The notes beneath the pieces were generated by a model, which ran no database searches, was not told where the DNA came from, and saw only the letters and a list, made by a program, of their open reading frames with translations. Source: the human T2T-CHM13v2.0 reference genome, Homo sapiens. From it: a DNA stretch of 64,000 nucleotides. The first letter of the stretch is position 1. Each line of letters begins with the position of its first letter. Position numbers and translations under genes: made by a program. The stretch lies in assembly GCF_009914755.1 (NCBI RefSeq), contig NC_060947.1; one strand, given 5' to 3'. This document shows positions 63,563 to 64,000 of this stretch, in pieces.

Positions 63563-64000
63563 GTTCCCCTTTAAACTTCCATTTATCTTTTTAAAGGTTT
63601 TAAATGGCAGGTGTTGAATTCTTTGGATAATGTTATCCACATCTAGAAATGAAAAGAAGGTGGAAGACCAGTCTCCTGAAAAAAGCAGTTGAATTTTGAA
63701 AGCAGAGATCACCTTTTTGGCTAAAGTAGCAATAAACTCTATAACAATGTTACTTCTGTCATTTCCCCCAATATTGTTAGATCCATATATTTCTACGACT
63801 TCATCATACACGGAATCAGATACTTTATCAACTGTCTGTTTATCCATTGGTGGAAAAGAAAACATTTCTTCAGCATTTATTAGAATTTTAATTTCACTTT
63901 TCCTAAATTATCCCAATCGGGTCATTTGTAAAATTTATAGCATTTCCATGAGGTTTTATTCCAATATTTCTTTGTCCTTAGGATTTTCAGCAATACTTTG

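Overview
Human (AluYa5-containing) genomic DNA, recognisable as the RBMX2 locus on Xq26.1. The complete six-exon RBMX2 gene (RES-complex/Snu17 orthologue, 322 aa reconstructed with canonical GT-AG junctions) lies on + at ~9.8-21.2 kb with a CpG-island NRF1/ETS/SP promoter. Downstream is a deeply nested ERVL/LTR cluster (22.3-27.3 kb), scattered Alu/L1/L2/MIR/DNA transposons, a truncated LTR12-family element, and an old internally deleted L1MA. From ~43.4 kb to the window end, on the - strand, lie the decayed 3' exons of an unprocessed FSIP2-like pseudogene whose giant exon is broken by an MSTA LTR, a full-length L1PA and two Alus. The least expected signals are non-TE local duplications: two ~100-120 bp pieces of ERVL gag copied out of order into a nested LTR 1-2.3 kb away, a 56-bp tandem duplication of similar divergence, and a 54-bp inverted repeat at 33.4/33.8 kb. 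I found no intact novel protein-coding system. Repeat subfamily names and the FSIP2 comparison come from memory of the sequences and need database confirmation.
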